DNA of 64,000 nt, filler included, from Circinaria calcarea (taxonomy: Eukaryota): assembly GCA_051942165.1 (NCBI GenBank). It is 11 parts of 11 records of this genome, joined end to end, with 100 filler letters (N's around TTAATTAATTAA, not from the genome) between each part and the next. Parts side by side here need not be neighbours in the genome. Positions count along the whole stretch, not along the records: positions 58,346 to 64,000 come from JAVECS010001832.1; 10 more parts are not named here. One strand, written 5' to 3'. Under the pieces are notes generated by a model that was given only the letters and a program-made list of their open reading frames with translations, ran no database searches and had not been told where the DNA came from. This document shows, piece after piece, positions 63,520 to 64,000 of the stretch. The position numbers and the translations under genes were made by a program. Position 1 is the first letter of the stretch; each line of letters begins with the position of its first letter.

Positions 63520-64000
63520 TGTCCTTCACCGAGGACCTAACGACATACTTCAACATAGAAGAAATTCTAGGGACGCTTCAAGCCCTTTAATGAGTGCGGG
63601 ACCACAAAGAAGAGGTGCAATCTCTCTCAAATAGTCCAGAAAACAGGTCCAGGGTGCGGAGAGCAACAATTTGCATCAGCAGGTTTCTTCATTGGGCTTA
63701 TAAGTCGGGACTCATCACCGATTTCTTTACTTTGTTTAACCAAGACTAACATTGCGTTTCTCTTAATTTCGTTGATAACACCAACTCTCCCAGAATGGCT
63801 CTAACGGGAATGAATATACCACTCTCCATGAATACAGACACCCAGGCACATGAGCTATGGAATCGTATGGTTGGCCAATACAGAATGGCTCGTCGTCACC
63901 ATCATACTCAGATCATTGACGGAGATGTTGTTCATCATGATGATATTGAAGAATCGAGCCCAGGAGTTTCCGATATCATTGCACGCCCATCCACTGATCC

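Noticed and set aside
52521..64000. Functional linkage between the repeat array and the HeLo-like/C2H2-GATA gene pair
   Set aside because: They are separated by an artificial linker at 58246-58345 and lie on different contigs.

Overview
This is fungal (Pezizomycotina-type ascomycete) DNA and is not a contiguous locus. It consists of 11 unrelated contigs of about 5.7 kb, sorted by decreasing length and joined by an artificial N44-TTAATTAATTAA-N44 linker. Nuclear contigs carry intron-containing genes: a HeLo-like/ankyrin protein, an F-box protein, RSM27, an HNH nuclease, a LicD/MNN4-like protein, KAP104, a PP2C, a DUF6536-like membrane protein, an ABCC transporter, an MFS sugar transporter, NUG1, a HAD phosphatase, divergent acl1/acl2 and a GH3 beta-glucosidase. 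One contig (35032-40762) is mitochondrial-type DNA with trnM, trnV and a decayed linear-plasmid RNA/DNA polymerase pair. The two most notable signals are (1) a non-coding array of about 12 divergent, internally palindromic ~158-bp units at 56100-58155, and (2) a head-to-head pair of a HeLo-like/kinase-like gene and a C2H2 gene whose C-terminus carries a degenerate copy of the NsdD/SUB-1 GATA finger, a candidate integrated-decoy sensor/executor system. Domain names come from my recognition of motifs, not from database searches. Intron boundaries were read by eye.
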